From positions 1 to 19,022 of the forward strand of contig JAVJSW010000010.1 in assembly GCA_040219255.1 (NCBI GenBank): 19,022 nt of DNA. The letters run 5' to 3'. Each line of letters opens with the position of its first letter. Within the stretch, counting starts at the first letter, position 1. This document shows positions 17,530 through 19,022 of the stretch, piece by piece. The stretch comes from Sumerlaeia bacterium (GTDB lineage: Bacteria > Sumerlaeota > Sumerlaeia > SLMS01 > JAHLLQ01). Below the pieces are notes generated by a model that made no database searches, had not been told where the DNA came from, and was given only the letters and a program-made list of their open reading frames with translations. A program made the translations under genes and the position numbers.

Positions 17530-18242
17530 TGAGAAGCCCGAGCATCAGACTTATCGCTGCCATCGTTGCCGTGGTAGCCGTGGCGGTTGTTTTACTCTTT
17601 CGATCTCTTGTGCCTCTAGATGGGGAAGAAGATTTCCTAGATGGGCATATCGTTGCTCAAGTTCTTTCTGATGGCAAGCTGCTTAAAAGCAGACTTAAAA
17701 CGGCTTATATTCATACATCGGAAGGTGAGCTGAAGGTGGTGGAAAGCACAGGAAAATTGCATTTTTCGGATCTTATTGTTCTAGGGGATAGATCTTTAGT
17801 AGGTGCTAGTAAAGTATGTTTTGAGTTTGAAGGCTCTGATGAGTTACTGTGCTTTGATTTGTCAAAGGGCATTCATTCTTACGGACAGTCAAGCTTTGTA
17901 TCCGACGGCGACAAAGTTTATGGGCTGAGAATGGGTTATCTTGATGGTATGGTGGATAGGAATACTTCCAAAGAATTCACCAGATCTGAATGGCTAGAGA
18001 CAAGAGAGAATTTAAGATATGTATTTGTTGACGACCTTATAACTACGAACATCCTGCTGACAGAAGAAAGAAAAAATGTGGTGGAATTGCTTGGCAAACC
18101 ACATCCACCTGGCTTTCCTCTTGAAGCGATAAATTGGGATCTTGCCTATAAGATAGGTGATGCCGGAATAGATCACTATTGGTTGCTTATTCAAGTAGGC
18201 TCACAAGGGGAGGAGTCGCATTTCACTATCTATAAAGATTAG
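17529..18242 (+). CDS. Putative cognate immunity protein, N-terminally membrane anchored (237 aa)
   Basis: TGATG coupling to the Rhs-CT stop; AT-rich; hydrophobic LIAAIVAVVAVAVVLLF; C-terminal W..R..FVDDLI..V+ELLGKP motif reminiscent of SmpA/OmlA(BamE)-like domains. Confidence 0.6.
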   Translation: MRSPSIRLIAAIVAVVAVAVVLLFRSLVPLDGEEDFLDGHIVAQVLSDGKLLKSRLKTAYIHTSEGELKVVESTGKLHFSDLIVLGDRSLVGASKVCFEFEGSDELLCFDLSKGIHSYGQSSFVSDGDKVYGLRMGYLDGMVDRNTSKEFTRSEWLETRENLRYVFVDDLITTNILLTEERKNVVELLGKPHPPGFPLEAINWDLAYKIGDAGIDHYWLLIQVGSQGEESHFTIYKD

Positions 18243-18344
18243 TATTGTTTGTCGTATTCAAGCGTTTTGACGAAATCTGACGACTCATGCATTCATGCCA
18301 CCATACAATAGTTCTTCTGTGAAACGGTGGATGTGGCCGATCCC

Positions 18345-18924
18345 TCAATACTCCACCCGAAACGTCGGGCTCTCCTCCGGCCGCTCCCCGCGCCGGTCGT
18401 ACATTTTTGTGGTCGAGATATCCGCATGCCCCAGCCAGGCCTGGACCCGGGCGATGTCGGCGCCGTGGTCCAGGGCGTTCGTCGCGGCCGTGGCCCGCAG
18501 GGCGTGGGGGCCGATGCCTGAGGCGGCGATGCCGGCTTCGCGGCAATAGCGCGCGACGATTTCGCGGTGAACGCTGCCCGGATCGAGCCCCCGCGCCAGC
18601 CCCTCCGGCGTCGCATTATTGACCACAGGCCGGAACAGCGCCCCGCCCGTGTCCTCGCCCCCACCCCCAGCGTTCCGTCCGGCCGCCTCCAAATACTCAT
18701 GCACCAGCCGCCCCGTCGCCGGATGAAGCGGCACATAGCGCACCTTCGCCCCCTTGCCGAAGACCCGCAAATGCGCCACGCCGCGGCGCGCTTCGATGTC
18801 GGCGACCCGCAGGCGGCACAGTTCCTCGCGCCGCAGACCGTGATAGAGCAGCATCGACAAAATCGCCCGGAGGCGCCGCCAGCAGCGCCCGCGCCTGATC
18901 GTCGCCCAGCGCCGGGGTTTTGCC
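18345..18924 (-). pseudogene. Tyrosine recombinase/integrase, N-terminally truncated and frameshifted
   Basis: Catalytic domain LYHGLRREEL, GKGAKVRYVP, HALRATAAT, LGHADISTTKMY. The upstream family motif GKTPALGDDQARALLAAPP is in another frame (switch at about 18866-18872). No core-binding domain is seen upstream within the window. Confidence 0.85.
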
Positions 18925-19022
18925 CGCCCCCCCAACCACTGCGTCCCCGGCGCCTCTGCGGTGAAATCCCTTCCCCTCGCCACCGCCCAAGCCCACCCCG
19001 TCCACGACTTACCCGCCCGTAA

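Noticed and set aside
18345-18983. Intact 212-aa integrase as given in the ORF track
   Set aside because: The first ~38 residues are off-frame or non-homologous; the true upstream motif is in another frame.

Overview
The window has three blocks. (1) 1-9373: a complete type I-C CRISPR-Cas locus on the minus strand (cas3-cas5c-cas8c-cas7-cas4-cas1-cas2, leader, and 13 identical 32-bp repeats running off the left edge). It includes a probable hidden cas11c start inside cas8c. (2) 9890-16414: a divergently transcribed, largely translationally coupled operon of five uncharacterised exported proteins: a helical lipoprotein, a CsgG-like/FlgT-C-like lipoprotein, two proteins with LPP20/FlgT-N-like modules, and a TPR protein. 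No curli or flagellar genes lie in the window, so this is the best candidate for an undescribed envelope machine. (3) 16415-19022: a scar region with a glycosyltransferase remnant, an AT-rich orphan Rhs C-terminal toxin plus a membrane-anchored putative immunity gene, and a broken tyrosine recombinase. All family calls come from motif recognition by eye; no searches were run.
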